From: Clostridia bacterium
Lineage (GTDB): Bacteria > Bacillota > Clostridia > TANB77 > CAG-508
Reading direction: 5' to 3'
Length of the DNA stretch: 64,000 bases
Assembly (NCBI GenBank): GCA_022797145.1
Contig: JAAWKA010000003.1
Coordinates: forward strand, 26,164 to 90,163
Positions 30,963-41,357 of this stretch are shown here, piece by piece. A program made the position numbers and the translations under genes. Numbering within the stretch: position 1 is the first letter of the stretch; every line of letters begins with the position of its first letter. The notes under the pieces were generated by a model. The model had not been told where the DNA came from, made no database searches, and saw nothing but the letters and a program-made list of their open reading frames with translations.

Positions 30963-31670
30963 ATGGATAATATTTATTCTAGAAATACAGTAAAATTTCC
31001 TAAAATAATATATAAAAAGTTTAATAAAAAACAAAGTAAAAAGATATTAAAAGTTTTACTTATTGTCATAATAGCAATATCAACATGTTATTTAATTATA
31101 AATGCAATCAACCCAATATTTAAAAAATTATGTAGTGATAAGGCTAAAAGTATTGCTACTTTAATATGTAACTCAGAATCAACTAAAATACTAAAAAATT
31201 ATGAATATGAAGATTTGATAACAATAGACAGAGATAAAAACAATAATATAACAATGATAAAATCCAATATTACACCAATTAATCTAATAATATCAGATGT
31301 TGCAGAAAATATACAAAAAAGGATAAATGAAACAGAAGAGGAAGAAATTGCAATAAATTTAGGAAGCTTTACAGGAAGTAAAATTTTATCAGGAAGAGGT
31401 CCAAAAATTCCAATTAAATTATCTGCAATAGGAAATGTAGAAACAGATTTAAGAAGTGAATTTAAAGAAGCTGGTATTAATCAGACTTTACATAGAATTT
31501 ATCTACAAGTAAATTGTAAAATGAGCATATTGACTCCATATGAAAACTTTGAAGAAAACATTTCGAATCAAATATTAATAGCAGAAAATGTAATTGTAGG
31601 AAATACCCCTCAAACTTATTATAATTTGCAAGGACTAGAACAAAGAGATTCATTAGAGATTATTGAATAA
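30963..31670 (+). CDS. yunB: sporulation protein YunB
   Basis: N-terminal TM, then the blocks GPKIPIKLSAIGNVETDLRSEFKEAGINQTLHRIYLQV and VIVGNTPQTYYN, which match the YunB family. Confidence 0.6.
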   Translation: MDNIYSRNTVKFPKIIYKKFNKKQSKKILKVLLIVIIAISTCYLIINAINPIFKKLCSDKAKSIATLICNSESTKILKNYEYEDLITIDRDKNNNITMIKSNITPINLIISDVAENIQKRINETEEEEIAINLGSFTGSKILSGRGPKIPIKLSAIGNVETDLRSEFKEAGINQTLHRIYLQVNCKMSILTPYENFEENISNQILIAENVIVGNTPQTYYNLQGLEQRDSLEIIE

Positions 31671-31895
31671 TAAAGTATAAACCAAAAGTTTGAAATAAAA
31701 AAATTAAAAGACTAAAAAGTGCCTTTATTTAAGTAGAAAATACAGGCACTTTTTAACAATCATAAATAATTTTAAGTAATTATAGAATAGAGGTTGATAT
31801 TTTATATAAGATGTAATATAATTGTAATGAAAATGTAACAAAACGAAAATAATAAATATATAAAGGAATAATTTTAGGAAGGAAGATAGATATCA

Positions 31896-32900
31896 ATGTT
31901 TGGATTTGGTCAAGATATTGGGATTGATTTAGGTACAGCAACAGTAATTGCATATGTAAGAGGAAAAGGAATTGTATTAAGAGAACCATCAGTAGTTGCA
32001 GTAGATAACAATACAGGAGAGGTACTTGCTGTTGGACAAGAAGCAAGAAGAATGCTTGGAAGAACACCAGGAAATATTGTAGCAACAAGACCTTTAAAAG
32101 ATGGAGTGATATCAGATTATACAGTAACAGAAAAGATGTTAAAGCATTTTATAAATAAAGTATGTGGTAAATTTATATTTGCACCTAGAATTATGATTTG
32201 TATCCCTTCACAAGTAACAGAGGTAGAAAAAAAAGCAGTTATTGATGCTGCTTCACAAGCAGGTGCTCGTAAAGTATATTTAATAGAAGAACCAATAGCA
32301 GCAGCAATAGGAGCTGGAATAGACATATCAAAACCCTGTGGAAATATGATAGTAGACATAGGGGGAGGAACCACAGATATAGCGGTTATTTCTTTAGGAG
32401 GGGCAGTTGTAAGCAATTCAATAAAAGTTGCAGGTGATAAGTTTGATGAAGCTATTGTAAAATATATAAAGAAGAAACATAATATCATGATAGGAGAAAG
32501 AACAGCAGAAGATCTAAAAGTGAATGTTGGCTGTGTATTCCCAAAAATTCAAGATATAGAAATGGATATAAGAGGAAGAGATTTAATAACAGGACTTCCA
32601 AAAACAATTACAATATATTCAAGTGAAATGATGGAAGCATTAGAAGAACCAGCAATGATGATAGTAGATGCAGTATATTCTGTATTAGAAAAAACACCAC
32701 CAGAACTAGCAGCAGATATAAGTGACAAAGGAATATACATGACAGGGGGAGGATGTTTGGTTGATGGATTAGATAAACTTTTAAGTGAAAAAACAGGAAT
32801 AAATGTTATGATTGCAGAAGATACAGTATCATGTGTAGCATTAGGAACAGGAAAAGCATTAGACAATTTAGATTCTTTAGATGGAAAAAATAGAAGATAA
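31896..32900 (+). CDS. rod-shape determining actin homolog, MreB/Mbl family
   Basis: MFGFGQDIGIDLGTATVIAYVRGKGIVLREPSVVAV. Actin-fold motifs run throughout the 334 aa. Confidence 0.9.
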   Translation: MFGFGQDIGIDLGTATVIAYVRGKGIVLREPSVVAVDNNTGEVLAVGQEARRMLGRTPGNIVATRPLKDGVISDYTVTEKMLKHFINKVCGKFIFAPRIMICIPSQVTEVEKKAVIDAASQAGARKVYLIEEPIAAAIGAGIDISKPCGNMIVDIGGGTTDIAVISLGGAVVSNSIKVAGDKFDEAIVKYIKKKHNIMIGERTAEDLKVNVGCVFPKIQDIEMDIRGRDLITGLPKTITIYSSEMMEALEEPAMMIVDAVYSVLEKTPPELAADISDKGIYMTGGGCLVDGLDKLLSEKTGINVMIAEDTVSCVALGTGKALDNLDSLDGKNRR

Positions 32901-33132
32901 ATAGGCCATTACATTGGCTTATTTTTTATATAAAGGTTAATTGACTTTATATAAGATGTTATATATAATTTAATCAATAAAAATAGAAAGAGAGAAAAAA
33001 TGCGGAGAAGATAATAAAAAAATAAAAGTAGCTTTTTATACTTTACGGTTGTCCGTGTGTATAAGTAAATATGATTTTATAAAACCTATGTAGCTGTAAG
33101 AAAAAGATACATGGGCATTTTTGCATTTTTTA

Positions 33133-34890
33133 CTAATTTTCCTCATACTCGAAATGATGAGTAAGGCCATTTTTTAATGTAATATGATGGATTTTTTTAT
33201 GATCTACTGATATTTCACTTATAATAGTAGATAAGAAATCTTTGATAACAGACTTATCAACATTTTCTAATAAATGTCTAACATCTATATTTTTCTTAGT
33301 ATTTATATGTTTAGTAAGTAAAAAGAAGCTAGATTTTAATATAAAAGAAAAATCATTATTATTCATATATTGTTTTTCTTCTTTTTTTGTATTATTGATT
33401 TTAGCATTTATAGCTTCTATACTGTCAGAGATTTCTTTTCTTTTTATAATAAAATCCTTTTGTGGCATACTATCTTGTGAATACAGATATAAGTCATCTA
33501 ACCTTTTTAATGCATTTTCTAGCTTTTCTTTTTCTAAAGTATATATTTTTTCTTTGTCTGTAATACTTTCTATTTTATTTTCTTTTTTGTTCTTTAATTT
33601 GTATGAATCTGTTTTGGTACTTTGTAACAACAATGTATATGTTTTCTTAATATCTTCCATATTTATATTTTGAATATCAGAAAAATAAGGTCCTCTTAAC
33701 AAAATGCTTTTCATATCCCTATATGAATGATTTGAGGTGATTTTATTGCTTAAAGTAATATAATTGGATATATAATTTATCAAGAATGATAATATGTTTA
33801 AATCGCTTGCATAGTTATTGCATTTAATTGCATTTCTGTATATATAGCAAGTATAACGAGAGGGAGTAAAGCCATTGCTACGAGTTCTATCATTTCCTGC
33901 AATCATTTTATTTCCACAAGTACTACATCTAATGATTCCAGATAATATATGAGTTTCTGTATTTTCTTTTTGTCTGTTATAATCACCTTTATAATTATTT
34001 TTTAATATATCTTGTATTTTATCAAATTGTTCTTTAGCAATTATAGCCATGTGGTTATTTTCAATAACAATCCATTCCTTTTTATCTTTCCATCTTCTAG
34101 TTTTCTGTGTTTTTGTATTATATCTATAAGTACCAATATAAAATGGATTCGAAAGAATTGCACCCACAGTTCTTGCTGTCCAAGTAGCATTACGCTTAGT
34201 CGGTATGTTCTCAGCATTCAATTTTTGTGCTACTTTAGTTGTAGAACGCAGTTCCTCATATAAATCATAAGTATACTGTACTATTTTAGTTTCAGGCTCA
34301 TAAGGCTTTGGAAATCTAGTCTCTTCATCCCATTCATAACCAAAAGGAACTGTCGCACCATTCCATAATCCTTTTTCTGCTCTTGACATCATAACAGCAA
34401 AGACTCTTTCTGCAGTTAATTTTCTTTCTAATTCTGCGAATACAAGTATTATTTTTAGCATTGCTTCCCCCATAGCTGTTGATGTATCAAATTGCTCATT
34501 TTTAGATATGAATGTTACATTATAATGTTTTAGTTCATCATACATTTCAGAGAAGTCTCGTAAATTTCTACTGATACGATCAATTTTCCACACTAATAGA
34601 TGTGTAAATTCTCCAACTCTAATTCTAGACATCATTTTTTGGTAATCTGGTCTATCTGTATTTTTAGCAGAATATCCTGCATCTTCAAATATAACAAAAT
34701 CATTTGTATTCAATACATATTTACAATAGTTTATTAAATCTTTTCGCTGCAAGGGAAGAGAATCCTTATCTATTTGATGGGATGTAGATACCCTTATATA
34801 TATTGCTACCTTAATATTTAGTACATTCCTTATATCATACAATTTATTTGATTTTTCCAATAAAAAAACCTCCATTTTCTTATATTTCAC
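33133..34890 (-). CDS. large serine recombinase (prophage integrase)
   Basis: N-terminal resolvase domain (VAIYIRVSTSHQIDKDSLPLQ), recombinase domain and Cys cluster, 585 aa. Confidence 0.85.
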   Translation of the reverse strand: MKYKKMEVFLLEKSNKLYDIRNVLNIKVAIYIRVSTSHQIDKDSLPLQRKDLINYCKYVLNTNDFVIFEDAGYSAKNTDRPDYQKMMSRIRVGEFTHLLVWKIDRISRNLRDFSEMYDELKHYNVTFISKNEQFDTSTAMGEAMLKIILVFAELERKLTAERVFAVMMSRAEKGLWNGATVPFGYEWDEETRFPKPYEPETKIVQYTYDLYEELRSTTKVAQKLNAENIPTKRNATWTARTVGAILSNPFYIGTYRYNTKTQKTRRWKDKKEWIVIENNHMAIIAKEQFDKIQDILKNNYKGDYNRQKENTETHILSGIIRCSTCGNKMIAGNDRTRSNGFTPSRYTCYIYRNAIKCNNYASDLNILSFLINYISNYITLSNKITSNHSYRDMKSILLRGPYFSDIQNINMEDIKKTYTLLLQSTKTDSYKLKNKKENKIESITDKEKIYTLEKEKLENALKRLDDLYLYSQDSMPQKDFIIKRKEISDSIEAINAKINNTKKEEKQYMNNNDFSFILKSSFFLLTKHINTKKNIDVRHLLENVDKSVIKDFLSTIISEISVDHKKIHHITLKNGLTHHFEYEEN

Positions 34891-34999
34891 TTGAAAAATG
34901 AAGAACTTTCATATATAATATAAAGGTAGTCATTTCTCGTAAGTGATTGCGTGTTCTGATAATGTGTGGTGTCTGCAAAAACAATACACATTATCTTTT

Positions 35000-35560
35000 T
35001 TACAAATTTATAGTTGTAGATGTTGTATTTTGATTATTTTTTTTAAATTCTTTTATAAATTTATTTGCAATAAATACACTAGAACAATGAAAAGCAATAT
35101 ATTTAATTTCATTATTATCTAAATAACTGAATATCAAATAATTGTTTATAATTCTAGATGTTTTTTCTTTTGTTCTTCCTCCAATCATTGCACCAAGTGG
35201 ACCAAATAAAACAGCACCACCAATTGTACCACCAACACTTGATGAATAACTTTTTTGTATATCTATATTACTAGTTATAGATATATCAGTTACTTTGTTT
35301 TTTTCTAATTTAAAAGATGTATTGTTTGCCCAAAATTCATATTCATTTGGACAAGAGAAAATTTGAGTTAATGTATTTTCTGCAATAGAAAGTCCATTAA
35401 AATGATTTAATGCCATAAACAAAGAAGCTTGATGTTGATTTTTTAAATTTTCAATTTTTTTTAATTTTTTGTTATGAGAATCTATACAAGCACAGATTCC
35501 AATAAGTAAGATTAACCCAATAATTCCTAAAAGTGGTTCCATATTTTTCTCCTTTATCAT
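35000..35560 (-). CDS. lipoprotein/membrane protein with a glycine-zipper C-terminus (moron, possibly exclusion function)
   Basis: Signal peptide with a lipobox-like LIGICAC and the motif GGTIGGAVLFGPLGAMIGG. Confidence 0.4.
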   Translation of the reverse strand: MIKEKNMEPLLGIIGLILLIGICACIDSHNKKLKKIENLKNQHQASLFMALNHFNGLSIAENTLTQIFSCPNEYEFWANNTSFKLEKNKVTDISITSNIDIQKSYSSSVGGTIGGAVLFGPLGAMIGGRTKEKTSRIINNYLIFSYLDNNEIKYIAFHCSSVFIANKFIKEFKKNNQNTTSTTINL

Positions 35561-35569
35561 ATAATATAT

Positions 35570-36463
35570 TTATTTAAAAGCACTTGTATTTTCAGCTCTT
35601 ATAACTCTTCCTAGAAATTTTATATCATTAACAATAAATTTTTCCGTTTTTGCATTTAAGTATGAAAGTTCAATAATATTATCATACTTGAATAATTTAC
35701 CAATTATACATTTTTCTCTAGTAGTAGAATAAGTAGCAACAATTTGCCCATTTACAAATTCAGTTTCTTTATGAATTATAGCAATATCATTTATATCAAG
35801 TAAAAATGCCATACTGTCATTATCAATTAATAGTGCAAAATAATCTTCAGCTGACTGTGAAGAAGGTATATTAAAATTGACATAATCGACAATATCAGAT
35901 ACTAAAAACAAGTCTATATTTTTGGTATTCTTGTAAACTGGGACAGGATATAAGTAGCCATTTTTGTGTAGATTAATTAATGCTTTACTAATTTCATCAT
36001 TTATATTTATTAAAGTAGCAAATAGTTCTTTAGCATTTGAAGAATTACTTATTGCAAAATTATTTAATTGACTTGTTATAGGGGAATTATGTTCATTTCT
36101 TTCCATTAGAATCTTTTTTAAATCTAAAATATTACTATTAGATAAATCATATTTGCTAAGTAGGCTAATGTGATTATTAAATATTGATTCAGATAATTGC
36201 ATATCTAAAGATTGAAAATTAATATTTATATTATTTGGAATATATCCACATATCTGCATTAGTTCATTATAAGTAGTAAGTCCTTTACTTCCTTCTGCTA
36301 TTTTTTGCAATATTTTAGGAGAGGGGGGATTTTTTAATTCTTTTCTAACATATTTAGAAATAGAAGTACGATTAAATCCAGAAACATTGGAAAAATCTCT
36401 TAAACTTTCATATTTAGATATTATTGAATTTAATATGCTTGAAAAAATTTGTTGATTAAACAT
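35570..36463 (-). CDS. CI-like phage repressor (XRE HTH + S24 LexA-like peptidase domain)
   Basis: N-terminal HTH, then C-terminal IDNDSMAFLLDINDIAIIHKE..NGQIVA..IIGKL (Ser/Lys dyad pattern). It is divergent from cro. Confidence 0.65.
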   Translation of the reverse strand: MFNQQIFSSILNSIISKYESLRDFSNVSGFNRTSISKYVRKELKNPPSPKILQKIAEGSKGLTTYNELMQICGYIPNNININFQSLDMQLSESIFNNHISLLSKYDLSNSNILDLKKILMERNEHNSPITSQLNNFAISNSSNAKELFATLININDEISKALINLHKNGYLYPVPVYKNTKNIDLFLVSDIVDYVNFNIPSSQSAEDYFALLIDNDSMAFLLDINDIAIIHKETEFVNGQIVATYSTTREKCIIGKLFKYDNIIELSYLNAKTEKFIVNDIKFLGRVIRAENTSAFK

Positions 36464-36516
36464 TTTTTACCTCCACAACAATAGTATACAATAAGAAAAA
36501 AAAAAAATCAATAAAA

Positions 36517-36593
36517 TGTCATAAAAAAATGACAAAAAATATTGACAATGAAAAAATAAAGTGGTATATTCTTTTTGTCAGTTAAAAATGACA
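36517..36593. promoter_or_regulatory. immunity-region promoter TTGACA(36542-36547)-17-TATATT(36565-36570), flanked by operators TGTCA-N8-TGACA at 36517-36534 and 36576-36593. A third operator lies at 36833-36850.
   Basis: Read directly from the sequence. There are three copies of the same 18-bp palindrome. Confidence 0.5.
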
Positions 36594-36614
36594 AAAAGAA
36601 GAGAGGTGAATTAA

Positions 36615-36827
36615 ATGATAGTTAATATAGAGGCTGTTGATATATTAATAAAAAATGAATTTAATAATAATAAAGCATATTTTGCAGATGAAATTGGAGT
36701 TAGTAGGAGTCTTTTATCAAATATTTTATGCAAAAAAATTAAAAACAATAGCCCAAAAGTTTGCAATTCTATAATAGTATTTTGCAATAGAAAAAATATA
36801 GATGTTAGTAAATTTATTATTTTTTAA
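36615..36827 (+). CDS. Cro-like small HTH regulator
   Basis: 70-aa HTH protein divergent from the repressor. Confidence 0.5.
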   Translation: MIVNIEAVDILIKNEFNNNKAYFADEIGVSRSLLSNILCKKIKNNSPKVCNSIIVFCNRKNIDVSKFIIF

Positions 36828-36866
36828 CAATGTGTCAGTTTTAAATGACAAAACTAAATAAAGTGG

Positions 36867-37259
36867 GTGATAAAAATAGAATTAAATATAGAAGCGATAA
36901 AAGAATTAGTAGAAAAACATTTTAGAAATAAGTTAACATACTTAGCAAATGAATTAGAAATTGATTATTCATATTTAAATCAAATAATGAATGGAAAAAG
37001 AGTAGCAACAAGTAAAAAAGTTTGTAAGGGAATAATTAAATATTGTGTCAATAATGGATTAGATTATCAAAAGTATGTTTCTGTGCCATTTGGGAAGAAA
37101 TTTGATAGTACAAATTTATCAATGATAAGGTCTAGGAACAATCAAATAAAATCATGTATAACGAAAGTACAGAATCAAATAAATGAAGTATTAGAATATG
37201 TAAATTGCATGGATGAATTAATAAGAAAGGCAGGTGATGATAGTGTTGAAAGTTTATAA
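36867..37259 (+). CDS. HTH-domain protein (paralog of the Cro-like ORF)
   Basis: GTG start, N-terminal HTH similar to the 36615 ORF, preceded by a third operator. Confidence 0.4.
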   Translation: MIKIELNIEAIKELVEKHFRNKLTYLANELEIDYSYLNQIMNGKRVATSKKVCKGIIKYCVNNGLDYQKYVSVPFGKKFDSTNLSMIRSRNNQIKSCITKVQNQINEVLEYVNCMDELIRKAGDDSVESL

Positions 37260-37710
37260 ACAAAATACTTTAGAGCAAGATAGTATATGTCTAATACAAG
37301 TATCTAAAATACTACAAAAAATTATTAATAATTACAATTCTCTAAATGAATTTGCAAAGCAGATAGAAATAAGTTCAGCATATATTTCTAAATTAATAAA
37401 TTTAAAATATAAAAATCCCCCTTCTCCTAAAATATTGCAAAAAATAGCAGAAGGAAGTAAAGGACTTACTACTTATAATGAATTGATGCAGATATGTGGA
37501 TATGGACAAACCATAGAAAAGACATCAATAGAACAAGGAGCAATTGAATATTTGAAGGAAATAGTTAAAAGGCAAGAGTCAGGATGGTCATTAGTAGAGA
37601 TAGTATTAAATTATATTAAAAAATTAGAAAGAGGCGATTATATACTGGATACACAAGAAAATACTAAAAATAAAAATTTGTGGCATACCACAATTATTGG
37701 AAAGGAGTAA
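37234..37710 (+). CDS. XRE-family HTH protein sharing a near-identical 95-bp segment with the repressor gene
   Basis: Residues KNPPSPKILQKIAEGSKGLTTYNELMQICGY are identical to those of the repressor. Confidence 0.45.
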   Translation: MMIVLKVYKQNTLEQDSICLIQVSKILQKIINNYNSLNEFAKQIEISSAYISKLINLKYKNPPSPKILQKIAEGSKGLTTYNELMQICGYGQTIEKTSIEQGAIEYLKEIVKRQESGWSLVEIVLNYIKKLERGDYILDTQENTKNKNLWHTTIIGKE

Positions 37711-37870
37711 AGAGATATGAATGAACCAAGTTTAAAAGACAGGATATGGCGAGAGCTAAAGAAGTTTGGAATACATGATGAAAAAGAACTAGATCAAGAG
37801 TTAGCAAAACTGGAATTGATAAATATATCATGCTTTACAATTCCTTTGAATGAAAGAGAGGTGGTTATAG

Positions 37871-38155
37871 ATGAAAAGTAAAAATATAAGAAGGTTTATA
37901 ACTTCAATACTAATTCTAGCAATAATTATATTTGCTATATTTAGAAAACCAAATGATAGTAATACTTTTTACCAAATAGAAACCATTTATATTTCAAAAG
38001 GAGATACATTATGGAGCATTGCAGAACAATATAAACTAAGAAATCAAGATATCAGAGATTATATATATGAAATAAGACAATTAAATAATATGCAATCTGT
38101 GGAACTACATATTGACCAAGAATTACAAATAATTATATATGAGGAGGGAAAATAA
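37871..38155 (+). CDS. small membrane-anchored LysM protein
   Basis: TM plus LysM (GDTLWSIAEQYKL). Confidence 0.4.
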   Translation: MKSKNIRRFITSILILAIIIFAIFRKPNDSNTFYQIETIYISKGDTLWSIAEQYKLRNQDIRDYIYEIRQLNNMQSVELHIDQELQIIIYEEGK

Positions 38156-38931
38156 TGGAAGAAAGGCTACACAAATCATATATTTGGCACATTATAACAT
38201 TGTCCACAATGAAGTATAAAATAAAAAAATTGAAAGTAGGAAAAAACTATGTTAGGTAAACATACTAAAGAAGAAATTAAGATTCAGCAATTGGAAAATA
38301 TTATACAACGAAAAGACAAGGAAATTAAAGATATAAAATTTAGTTTGGCAGATATTTTACTAATGATTAAAGATCTTAATGATGCAAATGACTATGGAGA
38401 TTCATCAGTAAAAAAGAGAAAAATATCAGAATTATGTATGGAAATAAGATATCAATTACTTATTGATGAGTCAGAAGACAACTATGAAAAAGCAAAAATA
38501 ATAGAACTACCAAATACCCGCAAAAGTAATAAATAGTTCTATAAAAACACTTATATAAATGCTCTATTTCTATTCTAACATATAAGAATTTGGAAATCAA
38601 GAGCAGAAAGGAGAAAAATATGCCTATATGTAGTATTTGTGGAAAACATTATGAAGGATATGGAAATAATGCACAACCAGTAAATGATGGCAGATGTTGT
38701 GATTATTGCAATTCCACAATAGTTATTCCAAGAAGAATACAAGATCATATTAGAAAGGAGTAGAAATGCCTATAAGCCAAATTATAGAAACATTAAATAT
38801 TATAAAAAATAGTAATGATATGAAAGAATATTACAGAATTAATAAAAATCCTGGATTATTACCAGATGAAATTGATGCTATTTTTAAAGATATTAATAAT
38901 GTGATTGATATTTTAGAAATATTAGAAGGAG

Positions 38932-40878
38932 TTGAAAACTATGGAAATAAAAATATTTAGTTTAAAACTGAAGAATTTTAAAGGAATAAAAGAATTAAAA
39001 ATAGACTTTAATTGTCAAAATACAAATATTTATGGAGCAAATGCAACAGGAAAAACAACAGTATTTGATGCATTTAAATGGCTGTTTTTTGATAAAGATA
39101 GTAACGATAGAAAAGATTTCAATATAAAAACATTAGATAATAATAATAATCCAATACACTTTTTAGAACATGAAGTAGAAGCAATTTTAATAATAGATGG
39201 TGTAGATATGACATTTAAAAAAGTATTACAAGAAAAATGGGTAAAGAAAAGAGGAGAAAGTGACCAAGAATTTTCTGGGCATGAAACTAATTATTGGATA
39301 GATGAAGTACCAGTAAAAAAGAAAGATTATGAAGAAAAAATTAATAGTTTAATTCCAGAAAGTTTATTTAAATTAATTACGGATCCAACATATTTTAATA
39401 ACCAATTGAAATGGACTGAAAGAAGAGAATTGCTAATAAATATTTCTGGTACAAATATTTCTGATAATGAAATATTAGATTCAAAAGAAGAATTTAAAAT
39501 ATTAAAAGACAATTTAGAAGGTAGATCTATTGATGATTATAAAAAGGTAGTACAAGCAAAAATAAAAGATTTAAATAAAGAAAAGGAAACAATACCTGTA
39601 AGAATCGATGAACTTACTAATACATTAATAACAGAACATGATATAAATTACAAAAAAGTTGAAGATGAAAAGGAAGAATACAATAAACAAATAAATGGTA
39701 TTGAATTAGAAATGACTGACACACAAACAAAAGCAAAAGAAAATATGAAAATAGCAGATCAATTAGCAATTGCAAAAAAGGAATTGGCAGATTTTAAATT
39801 AAAAAAAGAAACTGAATATTCTCAAAAATATGCTACAGACTTAATAAATTTACAAAATGAAAAAAAGGTAATTGAAAATACAATTAGATTAAAGCAGGAA
39901 GAGGATAGTGACAGGTTATTAAAAATAAAATCTGACCAAAAGAGAAAAGAAGAATTATATAAAAAATGGGATGAAGTTAGTAAAACTACATTAGAATTTG
40001 CTCCAAACTCATTTATATGTCCAACTTGTAAAAGAGAGTATGAAACAGATAAAAAGGAAGAAATAAAAAAACAATTTGAAGATAATTTAAATCTACATAA
40101 AAGGAGTGAACAAGAGGCGATAAATAGAGAAGGACAGGCCATAAATATAAGATTAGATGAAAATACAAAGGCTAGAGAAAAAATACAACAAGAACTTCCA
40201 AAACTAGATAACAAACTAGAAGAAATAAATACTAAGATAGCAAAAATTGAAAAAACAAAAGAAACAGACAACTCATTTGATGTAACTTCATTACCAGAGT
40301 ATAGTAATAAAATCAAAGAAATAGAAGAACTAGAAGAAAAAGTAAAGAACTTAACAAATGGAGATATATCATATCTACAAAATAAAAAGGCAGAAATAAT
40401 AGAAGCAATTAACAAGTTAAATAAAACACTAAATGAAAGAGATACACAAGAAAAAACAAAACAACGTATAGAAGAATTACAAACATTGGAAGAAGATATT
40501 TCAAACAAGATACAAGAACTAGAAGGTCAACAATATGCACTAGAAGAGTTTACAAAAACAAAAGTTGAGTTATTGGAAAATGCTATAAATAGTAAATTTG
40601 AATTAGTAAAATTCAGATTATTTGACACGCAAATAAATGGAGGACTTATAGAATGCTGCGATACATTAGTAAATGGTGTTCCATATGCAGATGTAAACAA
40701 CGCTCATAAAATACTTGCTGGACTAGATATTATAAATACATTAATAAAATTTTATAATACTTCAGCACCAATATTTATAGACAATAGAGAGTCAATAAAT
40801 GAAATTTATAATATAAATACACAAATTATTAACTTAATTGTAACTACAGATTCCACATTGAGAATTGAGGTGATGTAG
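38932..40878 (+). CDS. SbcC/Rad50-like SMC-type ATPase
   Basis: Walker A GANATGKTT, a long coiled-coil and a C-terminal signature/Walker B region (IFIDNRESINE). Confidence 0.65.
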   Translation: MKTMEIKIFSLKLKNFKGIKELKIDFNCQNTNIYGANATGKTTVFDAFKWLFFDKDSNDRKDFNIKTLDNNNNPIHFLEHEVEAILIIDGVDMTFKKVLQEKWVKKRGESDQEFSGHETNYWIDEVPVKKKDYEEKINSLIPESLFKLITDPTYFNNQLKWTERRELLINISGTNISDNEILDSKEEFKILKDNLEGRSIDDYKKVVQAKIKDLNKEKETIPVRIDELTNTLITEHDINYKKVEDEKEEYNKQINGIELEMTDTQTKAKENMKIADQLAIAKKELADFKLKKETEYSQKYATDLINLQNEKKVIENTIRLKQEEDSDRLLKIKSDQKRKEELYKKWDEVSKTTLEFAPNSFICPTCKREYETDKKEEIKKQFEDNLNLHKRSEQEAINREGQAINIRLDENTKAREKIQQELPKLDNKLEEINTKIAKIEKTKETDNSFDVTSLPEYSNKIKEIEELEEKVKNLTNGDISYLQNKKAEIIEAINKLNKTLNERDTQEKTKQRIEELQTLEEDISNKIQELEGQQYALEEFTKTKVELLENAINSKFELVKFRLFDTQINGGLIECCDTLVNGVPYADVNNAHKILAGLDIINTLIKFYNTSAPIFIDNRESINEIYNINTQIINLIVTTDSTLRIEVM

Positions 40879-41086
40879 TTGGAGCCTAAAACCATATTGG
40901 AATTTATACAGACGGATGAAGGTATAAAAGTTAATATATATCCAACTGGAACAGTTAACGTATTGATTGGAGTTGCAGAAACAATACAAATGATAACTGA
41001 AGAAACAAAAGAAGATAGAAAAAGTATTCTATCAGATGTAAATAAAATTTTAGATATATTAGAAGAAAAAGAGGAGGAAACAAAAA

Positions 41087-41356
41087 ATGAATAATGAAAC
41101 ATTAAAAATATCAAGTAAATCAAATCCAAATGCTGTTGCTGGAGCAATAGCAGGAATATTAACTGAAAAAGGAAGGGTAGAAATTCAAGCAATAGGAGCG
41201 GGTGCAATAAATCAAGCAATAAAGGCCATTGCTATTACTAGATCATATGTAGCAGCAAGTGGTATTGATTTAGTATGTGTACCCGCTTTTTGTACAGTAA
41301 AAGTAGAAAATGAAGATAGAACTGGAATGAAATTTATAGTTAAGGAGGCTAAATAA
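41087..41356 (+). CDS. SpoVS-family protein (phage-encoded)
   Basis: LKISSKSNPNAVAGAIAGIL..EIQAIGAGAINQAIKAIAI..SGIDLVCVPAF matches SpoVS nearly motif for motif. Confidence 0.7.
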   Translation: MNNETLKISSKSNPNAVAGAIAGILTEKGRVEIQAIGAGAINQAIKAIAITRSYVAASGIDLVCVPAFCTVKVENEDRTGMKFIVKEAK

Positions 41357-41357
41357 T

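Noticed and set aside
32990-33010. 4-codon ORF (MRRR) with an RBS downstream of a TTGACT-17-TATAAT promoter
   Set aside because: It is too short to be meaningful. The promoter may instead drive a leader or sRNA near the prophage junction.
39822-40508. 228-aa minus-strand ORF inside the SbcC-like gene. Similar antisense ORFs occur at 3224..3781, 46907..47401 and 30567..31034.
   Set aside because: These are low-complexity Phe/Ser/Leu-rich translations of the antisense strand of AT-rich coding sequence. They lack an RBS, and the sense-strand genes have clear homology.
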